Part shown: positions 27,937-40,881 of the stretch, piece after piece
Position numbering within the stretch: position 1 is the stretch's first letter
Layout: each line of letters opens with the position of its first letter
Source: Bigelowiella natans CCMP2755
Lineage: Eukaryota; Protista; Cercozoa
NCBI GenBank assembly: GCA_000320545.1
Contig: ADNK01001017.1
Span: forward strand, 1-64,000
DNA length: 64,000 nucleotides
Reading direction: 5' to 3'
Translations under genes and position numbers: made by a program
The notes under the pieces: generated by a model
The model's database searches: none
The model's input: only the letters and a program-made list of their open reading frames with translations
What the model was told of the DNA's origin: nothing

Positions 27937-28728
27937 TGATAGTGAAGCACAGATTGCTCACTCACATTAAATAATGATAAGGATGAGCATATACTAAGTC
28001 TGTCATTTACATGCATCATTACTACATGAACATTATAATCATATATTCTCTCTGCTTGTTCGTTAATTTCTGCTCCAGTCGCGGCCATAGTAAGCCTCAT
28101 TCTCCATTCGTTTCCCATTACATCCATGTCTCGCACCACCATGCACAGCCTAGCAGCACTAGAGCATGCTAGACAGCATGGCTAGAGATGGTACGATTAT
28201 CGCACTTTATATATATATTTAGCCTAGCTAGCTACTAGTAGCACTGAGCGCTTCGCGGTCATTTGTATCATCTCCAGATCTAGTCATGTCATGTTTTGTT
28301 TGCTCAGTGCCAGCTCGCAGTCACATGATGTGCAGCGAGAACTAAATGTCTAGTATACTAGATGTGCACACGTACGCAGCTGCTCTAGCTAGCTAGTGCT
28401 GTGCAATTTCTGCCATCGAGCTGGCGAGAGCTAAAATCCGTGTAATCAATGTTCTGCTGGTGAAGGCTTATTAGCATCAATGTATCTAGATGGACTCAGA
28501 ATGATCTAGTGATGGCTGCAACATTTCTCATGCACTATTGGAAATTGATCATCGAAGACTACGATATGTGACCATCTGGACATCCTGCAGTTAATGACAC
28601 CCTTTTGTATCCATTAAATGTGGATTAGCAACCATTAAAAACTTGATTCTCATTGGAAATTCTTGGATTTAATTCTTGGTTGATATCTTGGCCACATCAT
28701 GGCTTCTTCTATCATTTTGATCTGCTAG
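27937..28728. other. Convergent spacer, CTAG/palindrome-rich
   Basis: Repeated CTAG, GCTAGC and GCATGC in 28140-28510, between the GH81 (+) and FtsH (-) stops. Confidence 0.7.
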
Positions 28729-30138
28729 TTAAGCGACTGCTTTCTGTAGTCTCGGAGCTTGTCCCCCTCCTCCTCCTTCTCCTTCTCCTCCTCCTTTGTG
28801 GGACACTGGCTCGAAAACATATGACTCAGCTCCTGAAATGTCGATCAGCTGGTATAGCTCAGCTCCGGATACAGTTTCTTGTTCCATAAGCCTCTCTGCC
28901 AAGCCATCTAGTAACTCTCGATTTTCCATCAAGATCTTCTTGCAGGTATCATATGCATTTTTAATTATCCGATCAACTTCATCATCCACTTCTTCCAGCT
29001 TCTTGTTGGACCATGATCCCCCTCCTGAAATAATAAAACACATTCTAATATCCATAAACAATGCATAGTATTCAACCACCATGATCGAGTGATAATAAAC
29101 GGTAAAATATTATCCACAGGACATTTATCTTATACGATATCTACAACTAACTATTTGTATATGATCAAAGTGCCATCATCAGAGAAAATTACCTATTGCG
29201 ATCTTTCTCCCCAGGAAAGGGTTATCATTTTGATGGTCAATAGCAACGTTACCAACAATACTTGAAAATCCCCATTCAGACACCATTCTTCGTGCTACAT
29301 TTGTAACTTGTTGAATGTCATTGGATGCTCCTGTGGTGACCTGTTATTCCATGCATGCATATTTTTATTGTAATTTTTAATATTATCATCACCATAAAGA
29401 TCCTTCTGACAGTTATAACACTAATACATGATAATGATTATGATAATAATGATGATGATGATACATATCACTGCTACTGTGAGGAGTACCTCATCGTCCC
29501 CAAATACAAGTTCTTCAGCAACCCGTCCTCCTAATGCCACAGCTATTTGTCCTTCAAGATATCCTCGTGAATACATTCCTGTTTCCATTCGTGTCTCATC
29601 AGGGTCAAAGAATGTCAATCCTCCTGCACCGCTTGTACGTGGGATGATTGTAACCTATGTAGGCAACAATAACAACAATAAATAATAATTAATATTTGTG
29701 ATGCAAGCAGAAGCGATAGACCGAACGAAGAACTTATGGATAAGACTACCCCTACTACTGCTACTAGTACTAGTAGCTACCTTCTGAACAGCATCGTATC
29801 CATTAATGAGGGCCCCAACAATAGCATGACCCGCTTCATGATAAGCGACAAGGTCTTTTCTTCGTAGTAGAGTGTCTCCTCCCCCTCTCTTCGCAATTCC
29901 AACCAGGATTCTATCTATTGCTGCGTCAACGTGTCCATTTTCGATCTTCATTTTGTTATCTCTGGCGGCATAAATAGCTGCTTCATTCATTAGAGCTTGT
30001 AAAGATGCTCCGCTAAAGCCAGGTGTACGCCGAGCAACAGCGGAAAGGTCCACATCTGCAGCAAGAGGCTTCCTTCGAGCATGCACTTGAAGGATGGCTG
30101 ACCGACCTCGTAGGTCAGGGAGATTTATTTGTACCCTG

Positions 30139-30178
<40 letters not shown>

Positions 30179-31761
30179 CAGACATTGAATGTAACTACGA
30201 CGAAGGAAACACCAAGATACTGAGTAGTAAGTTGGAAAGAGAAAGGGGAGGAGGAGGGAGACAGATATAGAAAAAGAGAAGGTGGAGAATTACTCAAAAC
30301 ACCACCAGCAGCAGCAGCAGGTACCTTCGATCAAAACGACCTGGACGAAGTAAGGCTGGATCCAATACATCTGCACGATTTGTTGCTGCAAGAACTATTA
30401 CATCTTCATTGCCTTCAAAACCATCCATTTGCGTCAGTATCTCATTTAGTGTTTGTTCGCGTTCATCGTTTCCTCCAGCAATTCCGGTACCCCTTTGGCG
30501 TCCAATTGCATCAATCTCATCAATAAAAACTATACACGGAGAATTATTAATCGCTGTCTTGAACATATCCCTTACCCTCGAAGCACCAACACCAACATAA
30601 AGCTCCACAAAGCTGGATCCTGAGGCTGACACAAAAGGTACTCCTGCTTCACCTGCTACAGCTTTTGCAAGAAGTGTCTTTCCTGTTCCTGGAGGGCCTT
30701 CCATCATTACTCCTTTGGGGATTTTAGCTCCCAGCTTTGTAAACTTTTCTGGATTTTGTAAAAATTCGACTATCTCCAAAAGTTCTGTCTTAGCTTCTTC
30801 ACACCCTGCTACATCGGAGAACGTTACGCCAGTATTCGGTTGCAGATCCATTCTGGACTTCGATTTTGTAAACTGAGCAGCACTATCTTGGAATAGATTT
30901 GAAGGAGGAACTCCTCCTCCACCCTGCGGGTATTGACTGCTCTTTTCTGTCGCAGTGCGCGAGACAAGATAGAAGAAAGTACTCAAAATCAACACTGGAA
31001 CAAATGCTTTTGACACAAACTCCCTAAGCCAGCGTCCGCTATCAAAACTACTCTGAGATATTGTTACGTCAACCTGATGCTCACCAAAAATTTTAAATAA
31101 ATCAAGTGAAATGGGGACGTCCCTGAGTTTGATTTTTGTTCCATCCTTGCCGATAGCTTCACCCGTGCTCCCGTCTTCAGAAAGTGTTATCTTCGCAATT
31201 TTATTGTTCACAACCGCTGTCACAATTTCCAGGTTGCGCATGTCGGATTTCAAAATAAGTTTCCCACCGTTTGGATCATTGTTTCTAGGAATATTCTCAT
31301 CACCCTTGAGGTCACCAGCCTAATTTATAAATACGTGTAGCTGAAAATCGGGTAGGTCTTTACATCGAGAATCTATGTCAGAGCCTCGAACCTTATTTTC
31401 AAAATGGTGTTCTAATGAGACGAACCTGGTGTCGTACAGCAGCATTACTCTGCTGTTCGTGTTGTAGCATCTCCACCTTGGAATAACCATTGGCAGCTGG
31501 TGTCTCTGGCATCAGGATCACACCAGGAAAGAAAGCCTTGGTCAACATTGCACTTGTCCTTCCATTTCCACGACATTCAGAGCAGTGATAATTGCTATAA
31601 GCAAAACTGCGTTCTCGATGGAGGTTGTGAAGAGGCCGGTTGAGATTTTGTATTGGTGTGACACGACGTTGTATTGAAGCTAAAACATGACCCGAGCATG
31701 TGAGATACAACATCAACAAAACGGGGGGGGGACACACCCCGAGTCGAAGAGCGTGCGTCAT
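28729..31761 (-). CDS. ftsH: ATP-dependent zinc metalloprotease FtsH, plastid type (FtsH1/5-like), with signal peptide + transit-like leader
   Basis: TFSDVAG, Walker A GPPGTGKT, Walker [25 protein letters not shown], Zn motif HEAGH, and [25 protein letters not shown] (type-A thylakoid FtsH-like). The N-terminus has a hydrophobic [15 protein letters not shown] followed by an Arg-rich stretch. Confidence 0.93.
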
Positions 31762-32382
31762 TTTTCGCCCAGTTGATGTGAGTTCTTAGTATTTCGTGGG
31801 TTGTCCGTACAAAGTGAGTGAGTCTCGTTGCTCCCTTGGTTCCGAAGGGGGAGGAGGAAGAAGCCACGGTGGGTATGTTTGCGCTGTTTTCCCACCTTTT
31901 TCACCTCAAATTTCAAGTCGCAAATAACGAATCAAGGACATTTATTTAGGAATTTCTTCGGCATTGTTTTTATTGCTCCTCGTAATCCCAAGTTCCGACC
32001 TGTTTCTACGAATTTATTTTGTCGCATGGATCCATATTTGATGATGTTTAGGTGTTTTTTCCGAAGGGGCTCATGTATGTTCTAGGAGCAAATTTCTGTC
32101 GGAGTCGCGTAGTACAGTAAAAAAATATGGAGTATCTAGACTCACTCCTAGAAAATAACAACTCACAACAACAACAACAACAACAACAACAACTCGCAAC
32201 AACAACTCACACTCACAACAACAATGACAACAACTCATCACCAAAATAACGACGACATAAACGACGACACGCACACTCTTCTCCCGCCAGATCTGCCCCT
32301 TCCCAAGGCACCGTCTGTGAACGTGTAGAAGACCTGTCCTTTGAGAGATTAGTGTTAAAATAGAACCAAATTTACAAGCATC
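31762..32382. promoter_or_regulatory. Putative bidirectional promoter (ftsH <- -> Aladin)
   Basis: About 620 bp divergent gap. Confidence 0.4.
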
Positions 32383-33776
32383 ATGGTGCAAGGCTTGGGA
32401 TTATCGAGTTTGATGGACCAATTTGATCATAAAAGTAGTAGTAGTACCAAGAAGGGACGTGGTAGTAGTAGTAGTGGTTACCCGAAAGCTCTATCTGGAC
32501 GTCGTCCATCCGACATTACACAGACAATTAAGATGGACAGCATCCCTCCTCCGCTGAACACTCTCACAGTATGCGAGCACAACTTTTCTCTGCTTACTGT
32601 CGCGAGGAAAAAAGAAAGGGGTGATTATAAAAAGCAGCAGCAGCAGCACCAGACACAACTGGAAAGGTGGTGCTCAGAGTAGAACTAACTTTAAAACTAT
32701 TATGTGCTGCCGACGACTTCAAGGAACTAAAAATTAAATTTCTAATTAGGTATCTGGACGAAGGCGGTCGCATCTTTGTTACAGTAATGGCTCCGTCATG
32801 CTCCGAATTGTCGCAGCGGGTGAGTAGAATATATATACATAATATATTAATATATATGCATATGTGAAGACTAAATATACGATAAATAGTGATTACAATG
32901 AGTTGTTAATTGATGGATAGGGGCAAAAGCGTAAAGCTCTGACAGCCGTCCCTGGGAGTCAAACCCAGTGCTTAGAGATTGCCAGAAGGAATTTGGTGTC
33001 CCTGACAAGGACTATTGTAATCAAGTTCGGCGGAAAGCGGCTCCTTTCTCGTGTAATCCCTCCAGGATATGAAGCATTCCTGGCTGACCAGTGCGTCCCT
33101 TTATCACGGTTCGGTGGTGCCACAATTGTATGCACTACGCATATTATGCTAGACGTCCTTAATCTAAAAATCTGTCCACGTATCTATGATACGATACCAG
33201 TTTTTCTTCAATCTAAAATTATGATATTCCTTTTTCCATCTTCTTCTTCCTGTTCTTGCTCAAGTTCTGCTGCGGTCCGTTGTTTCTCGTGGCATCCGAT
33301 GCTGGCACGATATGCTGTTGCTGTTCCAGACAATGCTGCTGCTAATGCTGCTCAAATTGGTAAAACAAGAGATCGTATTTATATTCGTGATCTAAACAAA
33401 GGCCGGTGGGAGGACCTTGTACTCAAACATCAATTCCAAAACAATGTCAATTGTATGCAGGTCAGTAAGCAACAACTTCTTTATCAAATTCGAACATAAC
33501 GAATTATAATGGCTGGTTACATTATTCCTTTATGACAATTCGTATCAATTGCATTCCTCCTCCAACTTCCTTGTCCTTCCTTCTCCTCAGTGGTCACCTG
33601 TTGGCAACAAATTGGCAGTTGGCTGTGATCATGGAATCTGTCTTTGGACTTTTGTAGCTTCAAATAATCAATCTGCATGGATGCAATTTTTACCATGTAC
33701 AGGAGCTCGAATAAAGTATGAGATATTTTTAATTATCTTGAACGTTGATCGTGATCATTATTGACTTACAATTTCA

Positions 33777-33811
<35 letters not shown>

Positions 33812-35074
33812 AACTTCTCATCAACATCACAACAGATGCGTAGAATTTAGTCCATGCGGTCGCTACCTTGCGACATCTGCCGTGGGAAGCTTCAAGTTTA
33901 ACGTCTGGGATGTTGCAAAAGGCCAGCATGGTTTAATATGACTTATAATATAACATTGTCCTTTAAACAAATGTGTCAACCAAGGTGCTTGTTCGTTTGA
34001 TGACTTTTCTCATCATGATTTGCATTTGTATGCATGTAAAATAGGGGCAACTCCGTTTTCTTGCGCCTCAGAAGTGGTTCAACTCAACTGGTCTTCGGCG
34101 GCCAATGGCTGCTCTCTTTTTGTTGGAACGAAGGAGAATTATTTCATAGTTTACAAGAACAGAACTTGGGGCTCTCAAACATGGACCACGTAAAAATTCA
34201 TCGTGTATTGGTTGTGTCTTCAGCTCGTAAATATGGCGTCTATTTATCTATCTATCTATAGGTGTGGAAAGTATACAACGGCTTGTTGGAATAAAAATGG
34301 ACAAGTTCTTCTATTAGCTTTGGTGATCATCGGATATAATACAGAAGATATGTACTTTAGTAGTTGAACCAAAATCCTTTGTTGTTGTCTGTGATTAGCA
34401 CACTCGGCCAGTAATCGAAGTCATTCCGTTTTCACCAAAAGTACGAACACTGAAATCTCCTAAGGGCATAGAGGTTATTACATAATAATACTGTTAATGA
34501 TAATAATAATAATTGATTTAAATTTGAATTCTGAAGGAGTTTGTATTTAGCTACCATATAGTATCCACGCTATGGAATGGAGTCCATCGAGTGAAAGGTT
34601 GGCCGTATCCTTCAAGAATGATGATGAAAAAGACGAAAGCTTCAGAATCGAAGAAAACTCCGTTGATAAAGATCTGATTGCCGTATTTGGTATTACATCT
34701 TCAGTAATTATAATAATTAAGTGTGATGATCATCAATTACATAGAGGTGGGTTTTGTTGTTACTCACTACTAACTACTACTCCTACTACCGCGCAGGTAC
34801 AACCTGGGACAAAGATATGGTCTTTCCAAAGTTTCAAAACCTGGGGTATATCAGAGGGCCTCACAAAAACGAAAATAGGGCAAATATGCCAACACAGGTA
34901 TCAAGCAAACGTTGCATTTATTGGTGGAATTTTCAAACAGTTGCCTCACTTCTTTGCAATTATGTGTAGATGAGATTTCGACCTCATTGTAAGGGTGGAG
35001 CTCTCCTTGCTGTAGTCTGGTCTGAGGGACAAATATGTCTTTATCCGATGGTTTTTGACATGCGAAAAGTTTAA
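32383..35074 (+). CDS. AAAS: Aladin (AAAS) WD40 nucleoporin
   Basis: MDSIPPPLNTLTVCEHN (Aladin-type start, ATG 32533; upstream in-frame ATG at 32383), VRCFSWHP, LKHQFQNNVNCMQ|WSPVGNKLAVGCDHGICLW, FSPCGRYLA, MEWSPSSERLAVSF, GYIRGP, ALLAVVWSEGQICLYPMVF. Confidence 0.85.
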
Positions 35075-36031
35075 GAGATATTATATGACTTCATGCCGAC
35101 TCTCTGCTCTAAATATTCGGTGTATGCTGTATACAGCAGTTACTCGTGCATGTGAGCGGTAGAAAATGTAACTCCACAACTGTTGTTGAGCGCCCACACC
35201 CATAGCAGCAGGGTGACATGTAATCGAATAATGTGATTGTGCAAAGTAGTCTTGCTTGCAAGACAACGAACGGGTTGTTGTTCCACTTAGCTATTTTGTG
35301 CAAGCAGCTTGCTCGTAACCTTCAGTAGCAGCCGTTTGACACTTTACTTAGGCTCGCATGACCTGTACCTAGCTAGCTAGTAGTAAGCTCATGAAGCACG
35401 TGCTTAGACGTACGAGCGTACGTCAACTCTAGCTCGATGATCGTGCGTTGTGTTATTCTAGTACTGCTTTATATGCTGCGGCGTATCGCATGTAAACTTG
35501 CGATTATACTATTTCAGAGCAATGATGAGAGCTAGAGAGTATAGAGACTTAAAGTCCATACACGAATAGGGACTTAAAGTCCATATAAGAGCCGCAGGAC
35601 ACAGGACCAGTGATGTTGCTAGTCTTGCAGTTGTTTGTTGCATGCTAGCATGTATGCACTACTCGATCCGTACTGCATAGTAAGCGTGTGTGCGCTTTTA
35701 CATGCAGCGTAGCTAGTAGCTAGAGTCGTACGTAGCGATTTCGAAATAACAGAACGATGAAAATGCACTCCAGCTGGATTGCAATGAACAACCAAAGGCT
35801 GCGGGGCGATTCTAGGAAGTAATCTGCGTTGCTTGTTACTTGGCAACTAATCCAGCTATCTCCTCCTCCTGTCTTGCCTAGCTAGTTAGTATGGTATACA
35901 ACTAGTGTTGTCGAAGTGTACATTGCATCATGCCCAGAGACGGCGCTGTAGTAGCTAAGTACCAAACATATCGCAGCAACTGTTTGTGCGGTGAAGCATT
36001 TATCGTAAATAGTAAGTTATGCACGTCATCA
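35075..36031. other. Convergent spacer, CTAG/palindrome-rich
   Basis: CTAGCTAGCTAG, TACGTA, GCATGC and a short GACTTAAAGTCCATA duplication (~35546-35585); lies between Aladin (+) and the GT gene (-). Confidence 0.7.
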
Positions 36032-36794
36032 TTAGTTTTCTATCTTGGTCCGATTCCATTTGCACTTTCCCAAACCAAGCGGATCTTTGCCTTCAAATCT
36101 CCGATCAACTTTACGACCGACGGGATGACTGAATACAAATTAACATCTGTGTCAGTAGGGATGCGAATACAGGTTCTATGTGTACAGGTTGCTTTGACCA
36201 CAAAATTAATATATTCTAGCATGAAAAAGATGAAGTTAACCACCTGTAAAAAGGCACTTTCATCGAGTAAGGATCTACGACAAGCATGTTGCAATTCGTC
36301 CATAGAGGAGGGTTGTTGTTGTTGTTGTTCTTGCCATCGTCGTGACTACGAATGACATGCCTGCGCCTTACATTTGGGAAGTGACCGAAGAAGTGAGGGA
36401 CTTCGTGTAATATCTGCGATGCATGCCCATACAATAATTCTCCAGAGACCAATTCCGCTTTTTGGAATTGTTCCCAAGCTAAATACGTGATAACTGTTCC
36501 AAGTTGAAAGGAACAAAAGTCACGTTCTGGTATATTGGCAAACCGTGGCCAGCTGTAATAGTTAACTAGACGCGGAAACCCAGCATATGATTGATCAGGA
36601 TGATGAAAAGATGGATGATATTCTCTAACCATCATTTCGAGAGCAAGTCGAAGGACAGGATGAGCAGCAACACTTCCAAGAATAGACTGGAAGAAGTCTC
36701 TGTATGCATCATCATATCACGATACAGTAGTAGAAACATTGGGATTCGTAATAAGCATGAAATTAGTCAAGAGGCTGCTACTACAACAACTACA

Positions 36795-36829
<35 letters not shown>

Positions 36830-39800
36830 GACTACTACTATGAAACAACAACACCCATAACCACTTTCATGTCTACTTCTTCTAATCCCAACATTGAGGA
36901 GGCCACCAATACACAGCTACCAAACAACAATCATCATCGCCCTTGTCTTGATCATCATCATGACTATGATCACAATCATGATGATCATCATCCTTAAGCA
37001 GCACATAATACATACCCTTTGGCGGGACACACAGAGTAGGCTGTGGTAAACGTCACATGTGGTTGTAACCATTCATGAGTTCCTGTGTATGCACCATCGT
37101 GATCATGATCATGCGTACGATAATCATGAAAATGGAGACCGAATTCCCTCACTATTCCCCTACTATTCGTGCACAAAATCAGCATAGACTTGGCCATATT
37201 TTTAATCGCATTTGGTAAAAAAAGTTGTCGTGTTATCGTTATATATGTTATCAGTCTGTTATTTGTTACTACTATTATGATGATTATGGTTGATGATGAT
37301 GATCATGATCATAATCACACTCTGCTAACCCATTCTTGCTGGCATGTTCACATCCATATATACACCTCCGTGAGTGTACAGAGCTGCCAATCTACATATA
37401 TCTGCCTTATACGCTCCTCTTCGAACACCGTTGAAGACCTCAAGAATGCCTTCCACAGGGGGTTTCAGACTTTCCAAAAGTGTTCTGCACTCTTTGTCTG
37501 TGTAGAATTTCACTCTCCAGCCTGGATGTAGCTTAATTATGTTGTCCACAACACGTTTATTTCTTAAGTGCTCAGATTTTGACCAAGGATTAGCAATTTT
37601 CTTGTTGGGGTCCTTCTGGTTTGATAATAATAGGTTCTCTTTGGATGAGAAGACAAGAATTCTGGGGATTTTAGGAGGAGTTGTTGTTATGATCTCACTC
37701 TCTCCACGATTATTGTTATTCACTGCAAGCAGGCCTTTCATCGCTCCTATACTTAACAATATATCGTCGTTGTTGTCTTCTATGTTGCTTTTCCAACTAG
37801 AAGCAGCCTGGTGGCACGTCGAGAGAGAGAGATACTTTTTCTCCGGAAACTGCCTTGCTTTTGAAAAATCGGTCTCTTTAGCCATGATAGAGGTAGCAAT
37901 GTTAGCATAGAAACGTCTACACGCAGCCCTCCGATTTGAAGATCCTGAAAGTACCGCACATTGAGCAGCAAAAAGGGGACCGACCTCCGAGCGTGACTTT
38001 ACGATAGTCAATGATGAGAATACCTACACCACCACCACCGGCAGCAGCAGCAGCAGAGAATTAGAATGGAGGAAACACGCAGAGGAATAGGAATACGTCG
38101 TTTTCCTTCTACAATCGCGACTATGAGTAATCTCCTGCAATTAATACATCTTGATCTAATTTGCTATTGGAATAAAGATAAGATCGAGAACTCAATAATT
38201 ATTATTTCATCTTTAATTTGTGAAAATTATCAAACTGATCATCCTACATTGCTCAAGTTGTCCCCGTGTATTTGATGAAGTACTATTGCCTCTGGAAGCT
38301 CTCGAGGTGTTTCAAATGCAGCCATTCTAAAAGTTCCTGTGTGTCTTGCATTCGAACAGAAGGAGTAATCTTCCATCACCATCTGAATCAAATAGAGTAG
38401 TTTATTTCTTCAGCTTTCTTGCTGATACGTCTGTGGTGATAATCCTCATCCCCATCGTCATCATCATCATCATCATCATCATCATACTACTACTACTACT
38501 ACTGAGAGTATCATTACTACCTTGTCTGGGTACCCTCCAGTTTGCTTCCAGACAGTTTTGTTGAACACGTATGAGAATCCAAAACCCCTTAATAAACAAA
38601 AAGTAGACGACGAGGAGGAGAGACAAGAGTAAGTGATTTCGCTCCATGTCCAACAACAACAACAAGAACAACATGTTGTTGATATATGTAGCATTCTGTC
38701 TTCTTTTGATACCAACCATTACCAGATATAAGCATCGCACTCTGACTCCAAGGGCTCCTGTTAAATGCAATGCCCAAGGTGAAGAAGAAGAAGAAGAAGA
38801 ACAAGAAGAAGACGGCGATGATGATGGTAATGATAGTTCAGATCACCATGCCAACATGATGATGATGAGGACGATGATAGTATAAAATCGTGGAATCACT
38901 GGACAACGATAATCAAAATTGATCATTTACTAATGGTTAAATACAGGAAGAAGAAGAAGACGGAAGAAAACATATGTTGCTTCTATGAATGATACCCAGG
39001 ATATCGATTCAACAGTAGTAGTAGTAGTAGTAGTAATAGGAATTTTACTGTTCGTTTCACAAACGATCTCTACATTTTTCTGTTATTTCTCTCAGAATGA
39101 TTAGTACTCCGGTGATCATCAGTATGGCACCATGATGACATCGTCTATTTTAACATCGAATGACTGCTGCCGCAGCTTCTACTTGCTCTAACCCATCTCG
39201 CCAGTATTCCAGTTTGCAAGTTGAACCAATGCCAGGAAGCCAACTTAACCAAGTCCATCTGTAAGGAATAGTAGTAGTAGTAGTAGTAATAGTGCTTTTC
39301 CTTTATCCCTCGGGAATAGTGTGTAAGAGATTGTGTGAAATACCTTATGAAGAAGCATTGCCTCAAGCATCCGCTCAATGTAGCGTGGGGAGTACAGATC
39401 ATCATCATCGAAGGTTACAATTACCTCCCCTGAGGCCATTTGGATACCCAAATTGCGCTTCTCTCCTACAGAAACCGTGAGCCCCTTGTTCACTTGAATG
39501 TATCGGAGGCGAGACTCTTGGGTAGCTATCTTAGAAGACTTGAAAAATGGGCTTGGTTTTCCAGAATCATCGATAACGATCAATTCAACTGGATCAAATG
39601 TTTGATACACGAAACATCGGAAAATTCTGGGGTGAAAGTGATGTCTTTTAGCACTTGTCGGGAGCACAACGCTAACCGTAGGTCGTTCCCTTTGAAAGAC
39701 TACAGCACTGATCATTCAAATAAAAAGAGAAGTTTGATGAGAAGTGAGAAGAGAAGGAGTGGAGAGCAGGATGAGGATGAAGGAGGAGGGGGCGGGGAGA

Positions 39801-40000
39801 GGGAGGGGAGAAGAGGAAAGAGAAGTTGGAGAAGTGACTGATGATGAGCATTTTGGTGACTGACATGAAGAGATTGAACGTCGGAAGATGCATTGTGTGG
39901 ATGATGCTGAATTTGCATGTGATCACTGCATCAAACACAACCTAATAGGAGTGCTGAGTGTTGCGAATAGAAGGAGAAATCCAATTGATTGTCTTGTCAT
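36032..40000 (-). CDS. Secretory-pathway bifunctional glycosyltransferase: signal peptide + GT2 domain + GT32 (OCH1-like, DxD) domain
   Basis: Exon 1 MTRQSIGFLLLFATLSTPIS (40000-39942) splices in phase 2 to the GT2 exon VSVVLPT...LIVIDDS...VGEKRN...TFDDDDLYSPRYI. Later exons read GFGFSYVF, EDYSF...LHQIHGDNLSN|VFSSLTIVKS and continue in frame into GT32: KIPRIL...YTDKEC...KADICRLAALYTHGGVYMDVN, FFQSILGSVAAHPVL. Confidence 0.72.
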
Positions 40001-40881
40001 TTGTGAAGCTCCTGGAAGCTAGGCCATCATCTAGATCATTGCCACCATCGTGCTTCCTCCTCCTCCTCCTCGTGCTTCTGCATCACCATCACAACGCAAA
40101 TGTCGACGTTTTGGATGATGCGACAACAAAGTGCAGCTTACGACACCGACCATTTGACGTAGTGCGGCAACAAATGACATCTAGCAATCGGCAATTTGAT
40201 ACTGTGCGACAACAGATGCTCAATTCAATTCGTTCATGTGTGTCACACGTCCACCCACCTGTTTGACAATTGCTGTTTGAGGCACATCCGTGCCAATGGC
40301 ACACCTTGTTGGAATGTTGAAGTGGATGCGAATCCTGAATCTTGAATCTTGTGCCGTGGACCTAGTGCCCGTGCGCTTCAGCCCTCGTCCTGCTAGTCCC
40401 CTGTTTGAGGCACGCTAGCACGTTCCCTTCCGACGCCAATGTGTTCCGAAGGCTCCAAGATGAGTGAACGAACGAACGAATGAATGAATGATGCGATTCC
40501 AATGAGGGCATCTGAAAGGATCATCGGAGTGCACTAATTCATCCAAATCCTTCCCAGTCAGCATGCCACACTAGAAAAATTGAGGGTCAGTGCAGTGGAC
40601 GAATCAAACCCTGTAGCTGTGATTCATGCAAGATTGTGTCCATTCGGCATTCCAATTCGATCACTCGGTCCAGACAGCAGATTCAAGATTTCCTGCGCAA
40701 CATTTGAAATTTCTCCATTATCACAATGCGACAATCAAATTTTGCAAATCGAAGATGAAAATCGCCCAAAAAAACAACTACTAATTTCCTCGACATGCAT
40801 TGTGAAATCTCATTTGTGAAAGCCTACGTCTACACCTTGTCCTCGCAGAAGGTGACGGCTACACTCGCACAACGATCTACC
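40001..40881. promoter_or_regulatory. Divergent intergenic region (GT <- -> RRM) containing a TpA-depleted patch and short direct repeats
   Basis: 880 bp between divergent ATGs; imperfect ~36-bp repeat at ~40150-40220; CTGTTTGAGGCAC twice (~40273, ~40401). Confidence 0.45.
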
